A DNA stretch of 64,000 nucleotides, taken from the NCBI RefSeq assembly GCF_964355755.1, contig NC_092676.1, positions 20,168,871 through 20,232,870 on the forward strand, given 5' to 3'. Origin of the DNA: Antedon mediterranea (lineage: Eukaryota; Animalia; Echinodermata). How positions within the stretch are numbered: the stretch's first letter is position 1; each line of letters starts with the position of its first letter. The notes under the pieces are model-generated. The model was not told the DNA's origin, did no database searches, and saw nothing but the letters and a program-made list of their open reading frames with translations. Both the position numbers and the translations under genes were made by a program. This document shows, piece by piece, positions 40,332 to 52,516 of this stretch.

Positions 40332-41767
40332 TTAGGCCTAAATACATATCAGAGAAGGGTTAGATTTACTCTTCTCTGATAAATATACAAGTACTGTAAA
40401 TCTGCTGAGAAAAACAATTCTATTCTATGAATAGGCCTATTTTAAATAATACATTTAGTTAAATATTTCCTCAACCATTTCGTTTATGACAAGGTGTTGT
40501 AACTCTTAATAAAGCTGTAATTATTCTATTTATTATAAAATAATTATACGATAAACATGTTTAAAATGTTTAAATACAGATTATCTATTATGATTATTAT
40601 ACAAGAAACTACAAATAGAATTGGATTTTCCCTAACAATATTGTTAGATTTAACTAACACTACATTCTTTAATTACCAAAAATAGAATTATCAAAAATAG
40701 AATATCAATGCAGTTAGGCCTATATACATTAAAACGATTATCATATAATGCCACGTAAAAAAAAGTTGTTGGTCCTCGTCCTTCTTTCTTTTAAAATTGT
40801 AGACCATTGAAGGTACAAAATGAGGTAATGATTTTATGCCCGGATGTTCCTTGGTGATGACGTATTTCATTCAATTTACTACAACAGAATCTTAGAAACA
40901 AAATCGTCACGATAGGCCTACTATTCGGCGTACGCAGGTAAACAATTTACAACTTTTTTTACATGGCCTAATACATATTGTCTAATTATCACTTATTATA
41001 ATAAAAGAAATTAAAATTGAAACTTTGGTTCGCTATTTGTTTATCATCCATTGGATTCTTTCATAATTTGTCGCTAAACAAATTCATTCAGTATAATTCA
41101 AGTTGACATTCTTTACCCACCACATTGAAACAAAATAGAATCAGAGAAGAGTGAAATTCACTGATTGAATCCAATACAACACACTGTTGTAATTATATCA
41201 TTCAGATTATTAATGTTATTCACCATAAAGAATATATTACGTTTTGTTTTTAATCTAAGTACTTCAAATTATTCATTCTATAAATAACTTGATATGTCTC
41301 TAACTATATATACTTTGGTATTTCATTGTTAAAGATGCATTGTCCTCCAAAATCATCATATTGATAAAATCATACTTTTAATAGCTCAATTTGCAGTTTT
41401 AATGAAGTTATTCACTTCCATAGAAAACAAACCCAACAAAAACAATTACTTTAGTTATAAAATGTCAAAAGAAACGGTTAATTTTAACCAAAAACAATTA
41501 TTGTTTGACAGACAATGTAAGTATTTTTTGCTTTAAATTCCATTTTTTTCTTCAAGTAAATAATTTGTTTTCGATCGAGTTTTTGGTCAAAGTGATGTGA
41601 CATTATTTATATATTGTGAAAATATTTTTTTAGTGGGACAATATCTTTAATTAATTATGTAATATTAATCTAAGTTTATTCTATTTTTCCCTACAAAATC
41701 AACTGCTTCTACTAGTTAATCATTGCTCTCAGCCTCAGCGGCACGGCACTTTTTTTGCGGCAGTCTC

Positions 41768-44700
41768 CTATATGTCAATTGCTATCTCATCTTCATAAAG
41801 AGCAATAACAAGTAGAATGCCTGTACCAACTAAAAAGCCAATGTTTTGTAACAGGAACACCCACCACTTGCCCGACTGTACACCAGGATTCATCAGTTCT
41901 GGCATCTAATATAACAAAATATTAATTCATGGTTAAATAAGTCATTAAGCCCTTCATGGTGATTGGAAAATCACATGATATTGAAGATGGTCAATATAAG
42001 TTGTAGGCTACTTATATAGTAAAGTGAACGATTTTGAGCCAATCTGTTCATATTTAAGTCTCACTGCCAATAGATAAATTAGGCCTAATATGCTCTGGTT
42101 CGTATAGAAGGAAGAAGAATAGCCTGCACTTACCATGTCACCCAACGCCACGTATAGAAACATGCCTGCAACCACGGCAAAGATCCACTGGCGAGTTTCA
42201 GCGTTCTCTCCAATCGGTAAACCAACACACACGCCGGCCAGCGCAGCCAAGGCACTCAGGAAATTGAGTATCAAAGCCTCTTTGAATTTCAAACCGGAAT
42301 TTAACAGAACAGCAAAGTCGCCTATTAACAGAAAACAATGTTGTTCTTTTTGTTAAATGTTGAATCCGTTGAAAATAAATACAGTAGAGCCATAGTTACA
42401 TTGTTAATACCGGACCTGGCATTATCTAAAGGAATCATTTCATTTCGTTGAAGCATAAACGGATGATCTACTTGAGTAATACTAGTTCAATTCAATTTCT
42501 TACCAAACTCATGAGGTAACTCGTGACAAAGAACAGCGACACTTGTCGACACACCAGCGCCAATAGACAGAGCAAATGCTGCACCGATTGCTAAACCATC
42601 AGCAAAGTTATGAACACTGTCGCCAATAAGAATCATAACGGCTACAGAGGAAACTCCTAAAGAGAAAATATTTTAATATATTAGGAATACCAACAACAAA
42701 ACAAAACTCTTTACACTATAAAGGTAATAACAACAAGAATATGACAAGAAAACAGGAACCGTTTTGTTGACTTAAGCTCTGTCTACACTTTCGAACTTTA
42801 TGTGATGTGCCAATACGATGGACACGATGATGTCATATCACTACTATATTTGAGCATATCACTACCATATTTGAGCATATCACTACCATATTTGGGCACA
42901 TCACATTTTTTGTCAAACTAGTTTGATAGTGTAGACAGAGCTTCATGGTGATTGATGAAAACTTACTCTTGCATAAACTGTCTTGTTCTTTGTTAGAAAT
43001 TACCGGCAACTCGTCTTCATTCTGTAAAAATATATTTAAACAAAACAAATTAAAGTTCGGATCTAGAATAGAACTGTATCTCTGACAAAATCAATTTAGG
43101 CCTATCCATCTCTCGTGTGTAGGCCTATAATAAGTATTTAATGTTTGTGACAAGAAATATATTCTTATATTTGTTATACTGAGTGACCTCTTCCGTCGAA
43201 GACTGTTCTACCAGAGGGCACAACGTAGGAATACTGGATGATCAGTAAGACGGTGTGAACTAGCCCTCTCTTCTGAAAAGATGTACTAGGAGTATTTAAC
43301 TGCATTTTGTGTACAGTGGACCTATGGTTACAGAAGACGTGTTCTACCACCAGAACCATGGAGCGAGTGAGGCTCGAACAATTGCCTATATTACGGTCCC
43401 ACCCCAGGTTCCAATGTCTTAACCGCTCGGCCACTCCCTCAAATGGGACAGCGACAGAATTATCCGTCGAATGAATATACTACTAGATTATTGAATAAGG
43501 AAGACCGCTCTAAAGTAAATAACATGTCAAACCTTAGGCCCTATTTTACTGACGTTGTTGCTATTCTTCAAGGGAAATTCTCCGTGGTGGTGGTGATGAT
43601 GCGCACTTTCTCGTCTTTCCATCTTGGAAGAAGATAAATGTTAAATGTATAAACGTTACGAAATATATTATAATATAGGTTTTATGCCATTTATATATTG
43701 GGAGTAAACTCAAATTTATTTGAACACTTTTAAATCAGTGGCACACATTCTTAAAAGACGGTGGGTTCTAATTCACTGGAAATCATGTCAAAGGCCACAT
43801 CATCCTCGTACATTCGTATTTTCGTTAGATAGTACCCTTTTTCAAATTTATAAATACAAATACTTTAGGTGTTGTTTTCTGTTTCTCGAAAATGTCAAGA
43901 CATTTTAAAGCAGTTTGCCTGTTCATCAAATGCATCACAATAGTTATTTTAGCTCGAAAATTCAGTGGAATAACTAACAAATACAACTTACCACCACCAT
44001 TCCCATTATTCGTTCAAAAATAAAGAATGCATAGATAGCCCCCATAGTAACAAGTCCCTTCCAGACGTACTCCAGCTCCTCACTCAGAGGCCCGTGGTCA
44101 CCTTCATCTTCATGATCGTCATGAGCGTCTGCACCATGTGCGTGCAAACCAAACGCCTACATGAACATATTAAAAAAAACGGCGTAGAGGGTAATCTACT
44201 CTAGGTCCATTTCGAGTAAATTTTGGTCAAAAGTATTTGGCACACATGGCGTTTCATACGTATACTATTTTAGATTCTAGTTTACAGACAAAAATCGAAA
44301 CGCCGAGTGGTGGACATCAATTTGAAAAAGACTATCACATTTCATAAAACAGAGCTTAGGATAATTCTGAGAGTTAAATTTACTGGATCACAGTATGCAC
44401 GAGGTGACGCGTATATTAATTAACATAATTAATTAATGTATACTAGAAATCTCTCTTGTATTTCGTTAATATAATATCGTTTGGTTCAGTTCAGATAATC
44501 AAACAAAACAACTTACTTGTGGAAGAAGATGTAAAATTGCATCACCAGAAAGTGTCGCCATTGCAAGTGCTATTAGAAACTGGATAACGTATACATAGGA
44601 AGTTCTGCCAATGCACGGGAAAATGAAGACGCCGATTAAAGATGCTAAGCTGATAATGATCACAGATGATATAGCAATAGCCCATACTAAAATAATACAA

Positions 44701-47700
44701 AAAATAATATGGCGTTTTTTTTTTTCAATCTATACAAAACTTAATCAATTCAGGCGTCTTGCAGTGGATTATATTTTTTTTAAAAATTATGTCCAATAAA
44801 AGAATTATAAATGATGATATCTGTAAATTTTAACGTGGATAATGTTACAAACGTCAGATATTCGTTTTTCTTAAACTTTGTTTGACTTATAACAGCCGAG
44901 ATGACATGCGTAAAGCCCTCAACACTTACAAAAAGGGAACGATAGAAACACGAAAAACGAGAAAAAAAGATTATAAAAATACATATTCCATTAATTAATC
45001 AGCCACTATACCATCAATAAATAGAGCTTAATTAAACGGAGTGTTTTGAAATATTATTATTTAAAATGAAATATTCGTCGAAGGGTGTTGAACATTTTGT
45101 GAGAGAATTTATATACTTATTTATGTACTTTGTTATATCCTGTACAATACAATCAATGAAGGTCATTTTGTGGTACACCACATAGACATTGCAGAAGGCC
45201 GAAACGTCGACAGGTTCTCAACTTTTTTTTATATGAATCATGGTGTACCGCAGACTTTACTGTCTCTTCTCGATGAATGCAAACAACAATCAAATCATTA
45301 TTGTTCCATTTTCTATGTACCTATTTTTTCTCTATTAATATTGATATATTTGTAGGCCTATTGCTATTGTATCGAATTTCTAATAAATAAATAAATAATC
45401 AAATCATATTTCAACGACAGTAAATCGTACTTTTTCCTTTGTCCTCCTCCGGTTCTTCTGTTGGGTGTTCTTCATGGACTTCTTTACAGGACTTTGACAA
45501 AACTTGTTGTAGGAGCGCCGGGCATATTCGTTGCAGATCGTCTCTGTGTAGTCCAGTCTCGTGATCAATCCCAAATATGTCCAACAAATTCTCTCCACTG
45601 TAACACTACAATATACGGTAATCTCAGTTAAATCCGGATAGATTTAATTTAAATGAAAATGCACAGTGAGTTAAACCTTAACACCCAGCTGACAATACCA
45701 AGTGCACGACAAGAATTTGCACCTTATTAATAGTAGGCCTAGTGGGTTGTAAAAAAAAATTCAAATATGAAAAATATATGTGTTTTGATTAGTTTGGCCA
45801 ACTCTGACGTAATTAATGATGATAAATAATGACTTAAGAAAAATGTTGTTCTCAGGTGGTGGTCGTCATGATAGCCCAGTGTTCACCGCCACCGAGCTTA
45901 TGTTGTTGGCGGCCGTAAGATACTTATACATTTTACACTTACATAGTGATGTTCATCCTCGTCATGATCGCCATGATCATGATCGTCGTCATCATGATCA
46001 TGATCGTCGTCATCCGTTTCTCTCCTCTTTCGGTGATTATGTCCATCCTAATAAAATAATTAATAGTTTCGTTTCAAGTTGAACACAGACATTTGTGCAT
46101 TTAAAAATACTTAAATCTATAAAATGTTAATGATGCAATCACCAGACGTACATACTTAATAGAATTATTCAGTGTATAAATCGTGATTTTTAAAACATTA
46201 CTTTCTATTCACACATTTGTATGAAAATAATAACAATTTAATTTTAGAGGGAAATATTTCATTATGTCCAATAAAAGAATTATAAATGGTGAGATCTGTA
46301 CATTTTAACGTGGTGGATAATGTTGCAAACGTCAGATATCGTTGGTACAATCCATGGATATTTAGTTGCAATTCATCAAGTAGATACCAGTGGGCATTTG
46401 TTTGCTATGCCGATAAATATAAATAAAACGACCAGTCAAACTATGTTGTACACGAGATTAGTAGATAACATGGTTATTAACAGAATGAGTAAGGTACGAG
46501 GGTCAGGGCGTTATTGACTGTGAACAATTCCAGGTGGTACTTGGCAAATATATGATTGGTTAATTACCTACTTGGTTTACTTGACCTGGTCACACCAAAA
46601 TGAATATTCATAATTTAAGAATACCATTTACATGTATGTGGTAATGTAGATTATTAATATTACCAATTCAAGTAATATTGAAAGGCATTGGGGCATTTTT
46701 AAAAAGTTGTTTACATAATATTTAGAATATATTTAGATTATAATTTAACCTAACTATGCTTACATCTTCCCCAGCACCTTCATCTCCATGGTCTTCTGTT
46801 ATTTCACCAATTTCAAGAGCTTCCAACATTAATTCAAATCCTAGTAATAAAATAATTTTAAATATTGAAATTCTTTCGTTTGTTTGACAATTTCTTTGTT
46901 AAATCTTTGATTTCAATGTACATTAAGCTCTATCTACACTATCAAATACTTTGATCAAAAAAGTGTGATTGCTCAGATATGGTAGTGATATGACGTCATG
47001 TGCATATATGAGCACATCACATTTTTTGGTTTGATAGTGTAGACAGAGCTTTGCTAAATATAATATACCTTCTTCTGTAATGACATCATCATCATCTGCG
47101 TACTCTTCGAATAGTTCGTCAGTGAATGATTCCGGATCAACAGCCGTCGGTTCTCCAATACAATAGCCCCTGAAGAGGTTGTAAATGACAAGAGCTGATA
47201 GTTCCTGTACTTTAGAGGTTTTTGCGCCAACCGTGTGGTTTGCAACTAAATCATCAAACACATCCTCAGCCGTAAAACACTGATTAAAACAAATTTAAAT
47301 TTTTAAAGAAAACTATACCAATCACATTAACAGGTTAAAGTTATGCACTAATTTGAAATTAAATGAAATAAATTAAAATAAACCACACAATAAATTGTTT
47401 AAATAACACATCTATCGCACCATGGACATTGTATGAACAATCTGTTTCTATTAAGAAACTAATTCCTACATCTTTAGAATTAGGTTGGTCTACATACAGC
47501 AACATTGATTTCATGGTGTGACGATTAAAAAGTTGTCCAAAATGAACGGATTTCACAGCGAAAGCCAAAAGACCATTTTATGATTCGTATGGCGTGCAAG
47601 AGAATGGTTGAATGTGTACTATAACCATTTGTTGTAAAACCGAAGAAGTGTTCTTTCTATATATATTACAATTTTTTTTAGAAATGTAAAATGTGCTCTG

Positions 47701-50700
47701 GCTTTTAAACAGCATGTCAAATAATGTATTATTCATTTTCTAATTTTTTAAAATTGTCTAAAAGAAGCTGAATACTATACAAATTGCTAAATTTTTATTT
47801 ATAAATTAAATACTATGGTATATTCACGGATTGATAACTTTAGTTGAAAAGGCGAAACAACAATTCTTGCAAAAATAGTTGACCTAGTCAAACAATGGAT
47901 CATAAAAATTGATCTCAAAACGCAAAACCTAAACCTACTATAATAGTTTTGTATTTCGCTAATCAACCAGAGGTTTTACAATTTAGGTTTTACCAAACGA
48001 ACTCCAGTATTCAATACATCATAGTTCGCTGAACTAGTTCATGGACTAAGTTAGTCAAAGACTAGTTTTAAATAAAATAAATATTTTGGCACACATGGCG
48101 TTTCATATGTATACTACTTGAGCTAGACAAAATCTAAACGCCTTGCGTAGTAACTGCTTCTGAATGCTCTGGGAATATAGCTGGCTAAAGCCGCGACGCG
48201 CAAAAGATAGTGTAACTACAACCTTTAGGGAAAGTCTATCTGTAGTTCCAGACCAACTCGATCTATGGGGTTACTGAGAGTATGACACAGCAGCCCTGGT
48301 CTAAATTAAAATTTACGTTAGTAAAAAAAAGTTTTAACAGTTTTTATTTATTCTCCAGTCTACACCTAAATAAATTATAGCACTACACTGATACTGTTGT
48401 TGTAGGTATTGTGATAAATATAAAGTTAAAATAAAAAGGTCCCGATCTATGACGCAACAACGTTGTATTACGCGAAACGCAAGTAACTTGTCTAACACAA
48501 GCGGGAGTTATGTTACTATGATTTGACAATCTACTTGCGTTGCTTAGTAGAGTGAAATCAGCATTGCTGACTCCTATGGTAGCCCCTGCATCTAGTATCT
48601 GCTTCAGACGTATTGGCTTATGCCTTTCCTCTGGTCAAGGTGGGCACTGGAAGAGAGAAGCCCTTGATCAATGTTAGGACCGATCAAGGTGCTTTAAACA
48701 GTCCTGGCTTTGTTTGTATCAAACCTGTTAGTGGCAGTAATTATCGCTGTTGGTTTCGATTGAATAAAATAAAAATAAAAATACCTTGTAATAAATATCA
48801 GCGTTATAAATTCGTGATACATCTTGCACAATCGACTCAAAATCATCCTCAGCAAGCTTGTCCACATTTTGGTTGCCACCAGTGAGTGTTACGTAATGTT
48901 GGTCATACGTGTTGCTTGTCAGACAAGCGGCATAATGCGTTGAAAGTATGCTCAAGATAACAAGAGATACCTTCTCATACTCGTCCTCGTCCAAGCCGTA
49001 GGCTACATCTGCACCAACAACATTGAACAAGTCAACGGGATCTAAGCACTAAATACAAACATTAATACAAATTGTTTAATTTGGGAGGAAATAAACAAGA
49101 TATATTGAACAAGTCAACGGGATCTAAGCACTAAATACAAATATAATAGAAATCGTTTAATTTTGGAGGAAATAAATAAGATATATTGAACAAGTCAACG
49201 GGATCTAAGCAGTAAATACAAATATAATAGAAATCGTTTAATTTTGGAAGAAATAAATAAGATATATTGAACAAGTCAACGGGATCTAAGCAGTAAATAC
49301 AAACATTAATAGAAAGTTTAATTTTGGAGAAAATAAATAAGATATAGGCCTACAAGTTTTGAATTAGGATGACATTAAAATCCCATAGCCCATAACAGTA
49401 TAGTAATATTAATAATATTTAAATAGAGCAAAATAAAGAGTAACATATTATTATTATACCACTAATAGGCCTAATGAACATATTACAAAAATAGATGCAA
49501 GAAAAGTGACGCCGCAGCAAGCAAGCTTTAACGCCCCTCTCATAATAGTGAAAAAAGACTAAAACACACAATTTTAAGATGTTATTAAAATAAATCATTG
49601 ATAAAACTACAATAGTTAAATTAAATGTGATAACCATTATACAATTTTAAAATAAACATCTATTTACATTGTTCTTGTATTCAATAATATATAAACTTCT
49701 CTTTTGAAATTATATAAATCTAATTTCGTTACTGATATTATTTAATATTCGTTGTTTCCCGAGACAGTTATAGTAATTCAATTCAATTAAACTTTATTAT
49801 TCCACACAAGAAAATTCATTTCTTCGTGGTAGACAAATATCAATACAACATGTTTAAATGTATACACAAGAAATTACAAATAGAACAACAAATTATCATC
49901 TAAAACACCATTATAACAATCTAAAATATGTTAAAATACATAAAAAGAATTTAAATATTGCACAACATAAAATTCCATCTTAGCGTTCAGAAGTCTAAAA
50001 ATGTTTTAAAAATACACAAGAAATACAAATTTGCACAGCATTATCTTAATCTCAGAGCGCCATTGTAAACAGCGCTCAATATTTGTCTTTCTCATGATCA
50101 GTAATAACAGCTTCGAGTTATAAATAAAATGTATTAAAAAGACATATATTAATAAAATACATTGAAATGTTCAACAAAATGCCTATATTATTGTTTACGA
50201 AAATTTTAATATGAATTGTTTTTTGTATTATGTATAATCTCAAAATGCAAAATGCAGACAAAATCTTCTATTATAACTTATAGGTTTATTTGTACAGTCA
50301 CGCATACCGCAACAACCACATACTCAATCGTAAATAAAGCATTGGATTGTGTTTTTTATTTCAGTGTTCCAAAAACAAATAGTACTATTTAGAGTTGATC
50401 TCTCCTCAGGGAGACTTTATTTATGTAGGGCAGCATATTATGAGCAAAATAAAATGTTAATTTCTTAATGGATGGCTATTTCCTGTACAATGACATTTAC
50501 TAGTGACTTAATCGTTAGATTTCTAAAATAAAGAAAAAAAGATTAATTTTAACATAAAACGCTTTCTTAAGAGATTTTGTAAAAAGAAAATTACATAATT
50601 CAATAATTAAATCAATTCTACCAGCATAGTTTACTGACAGAACACTTAAAAAACATAATTTGAAATCCTTTTACAAGTATGTTGCAAATGTAAATATGCA

Positions 50701-52488
50701 TTTCATGTTCTTGTTTGCTTGGCCATTGGTTTTAAACAATATATTTAATAATATGTACCGTATGGTACAGTAAGCCTACATTCGAATGGTTAAACATTAT
50801 GGTTAAAAAAAAGAAATTAGGCCTATTAGGAATGAAATAAATGACAGCAAAAGTAAGGATAGAACATGGAATTAAAGAAGGAGGACTTTTGACAATTGTG
50901 ATAGAAGAAAGATATGATGGTAAAACAAGAAGAGAAAAGTAAGTGATAATTATGCTAGATAGATTTAAAAATAAAATATTAGGAGAAGAAGAAGAAGAAG
51001 ACTGTCATGACCTTCTTTATGGCTGGTAGACAAGGTAGCCTAATCAACATGAAAAATCACGGACAACATGCTTCTCTATACATTAGTGAGGTTACCTACT
51101 AAACGTTGAGTCTATACGTAGTACAGGAGTATTAAGTATTATAGACAGATTACTGTCACGACTTCTAGCTCATGACACATAAAAGCTATTGACATAGGGC
51201 CGGGCTTACTGTAGCGGATCTTCTTTTATACCTAAAAATAATAAAGCCTGTTTTACAAAATATGAAAGACCATGGAATCGTTATCTAACAAAAGAAACTG
51301 CACTGACAACAAATTAACTTTGAATGAATAACTTTGAAACGAAGACACATGTAAGATCGTGTGTTCGAAAATCAACAAATAATTTTTAAAAAACACGCCA
51401 TGGAAACATAATGCGAAGACTTTAATAATAAAAATACAAAGCGTACATATACACAGAAATTATCAGACATCTTGGGAAATAAGAAAATGACAAAGATCCA
51501 GTGTTCAGGGCACATCCACTTAACCCGGCCTACGAAATACAATATCTATATTGTTCGAACACAATAACCAGGGCGTCTGAGTCACAAACATTGTGTCTGT
51601 GGTATAAATAGTAGCAGGGAAATTTCACTCTTCCCTGACGGTACTGGTAAAATAGTACAAATAATTTTGTTTGCATGAAACACCAAAGCAATTATAGACC
51701 TAATTACTAACACTCCATCGAAACACCAAGTCTGTAAACAGCTACATTTAATACTATTCAACGTTTGCTTTGTTGTTCTTCAATTCCGTGTTTGAATTTT
51801 AAGTACGTCATAACTAAATTTACACGATTATTCCATATTACACTAACGATAGTCCTCTATTCAGATTTAATTCAAGACAAATAATTTTAATGATTTAAAC
51901 AAATTTACTATTAAGCTATTTCTATTAATTTATTAATAAGTATTAAAGTTCTGGAAAGAACCCGTAATATGAATGGTAGAGAGTGGTAACGACAATGACA
52001 TCAGCTTTATTGGACCGGATGTGCAGGTAGTTTGATCGCCCCAACATCCCAAAGCAACGAGCCAAAGTGGCAATTTTAAACAGTCATTACACAATCTACA
52101 TATTAAAATTATATTCAAACTTATATATTAGACTTAGAGAGCTGTAAAATTATCATTCATTTTACTTTTATTTCGGTTAGTTACAAATAATACTAATTAT
52201 TATAATACTAATTATTTTCTTTCTTACCTCATTGCAAGAACTTTCAGTCATGCCATTTTGCTTTGAACAATTCGTACGTTTTAGAATATTTTCCACTAAC
52301 AAAGACACACCAGCTGTCGTGATATTTTCAGAGTGCTCTTCATTTTGTAACTCTAATTCTTTAATATAATCTTTGGACAAGTCAAATGCGTCGTGATGGT
52401 CTTCTTCTGTGTGTATTTCATGTTCAGATCGAATCACTGATAGTATCTGCGCAATGCACACGAGACGAAAAAAAAGTTTGGTTGCCAT
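41768..52488 (-). CDS. SLC39A12: LIV-1 subfamily zinc transporter, ZIP12/ZIP4-like (SLC39A; 683 aa); exons 52488-52228, 49048-48785, 47279-47069, 46840-46764, 46047-45943, 45605-45431, 44686-44517, 44156-43992, 43622-43533, 43021-42967, 42656-42504, 42321-42134, 41905-41768
   Basis: Signal peptide, long Cys-containing ectodomain with a CPALLQQ (PAL) motif, [11 protein letters not shown], His-rich loops, [13 protein letters not shown] and the LIV-1 signature [12 protein letters not shown], then AGMFLYVAL. Phases are consistent (2052 nt). ZIP12 versus ZIP4 is uncertain. Confidence 0.9.
42775..42942. mobile_element. Harbinger-like MITE family 1 with an internally amplified ~21-bp unit (24 nt from a ZIP exon)
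   Basis: Both TIRs present; three tandem internal CATATCACTACCATATTTG units. Confidence 0.85.
43170..43440 (-). mobile_element. tRNA-derived SINE, same family as 60107-60480
   Basis: The reverse complement reads GAGTGGCCGAGCGGTTAAGACA..GTTCGAGCCTCACTCGCTCCATGGTTCT..GTAGAAC. Confidence 0.75.
46926..47050. mobile_element. Harbinger-like MITE family 1 (18 nt from a ZIP exon)
   Basis: agctctatctacactatcaaa ... tttgatagtgtagacagagct. Confidence 0.85.
49022..49345. repeat. Four ~81-82-bp tandem repeats containing the ZIP exon-2 splice acceptor
   Basis: ATTGAACAAGTCAACGGGATCTAAGCA(C/G)TAAATACAAA..GGAGGAAATAAA.AAGAT is repeated four times. Confidence 0.92.
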
Positions 52489-52516
52489 TTTGAAGTTCAG
52501 TTTCGTACTGTGTGCA
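52455..52516. promoter_or_regulatory. Two metal-response element cores (TGCRCNC) flanking the ZIP start codon
   Basis: TGCACAC(G) at 52455-52461 on the + strand and GTGTGCA at 52510-52516 (TGCACAC on the - strand). Confidence 0.5.

Larger units (their letters stand above)
36395..41280. repeat. Tandem segmental duplication carrying the GPCRs (unit A ~36395-38115; unit B ~38552-41280 with a ~1 kb extra segment at ~40050-41027)
   Basis: The flanks align: 37452-37870 with 39603-40049, and 37868-38110 with 41028-41280 (gttcgctatttgtttatca...gaagagtgaaattcact). Confidence 0.85.

Noticed and set aside
45404-45598. 64-aa ORF from the ORF track
   Set aside because: It is the wrong frame of the real ZIP exon 45605-45431.
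49022-49345. CRISPR-like appearance of regularly spaced repeats (also 56770-57162 and 61285-61453)
   Set aside because: The whole unit repeats with no unique spacers, there are no cas genes, and the context is eukaryotic introns.
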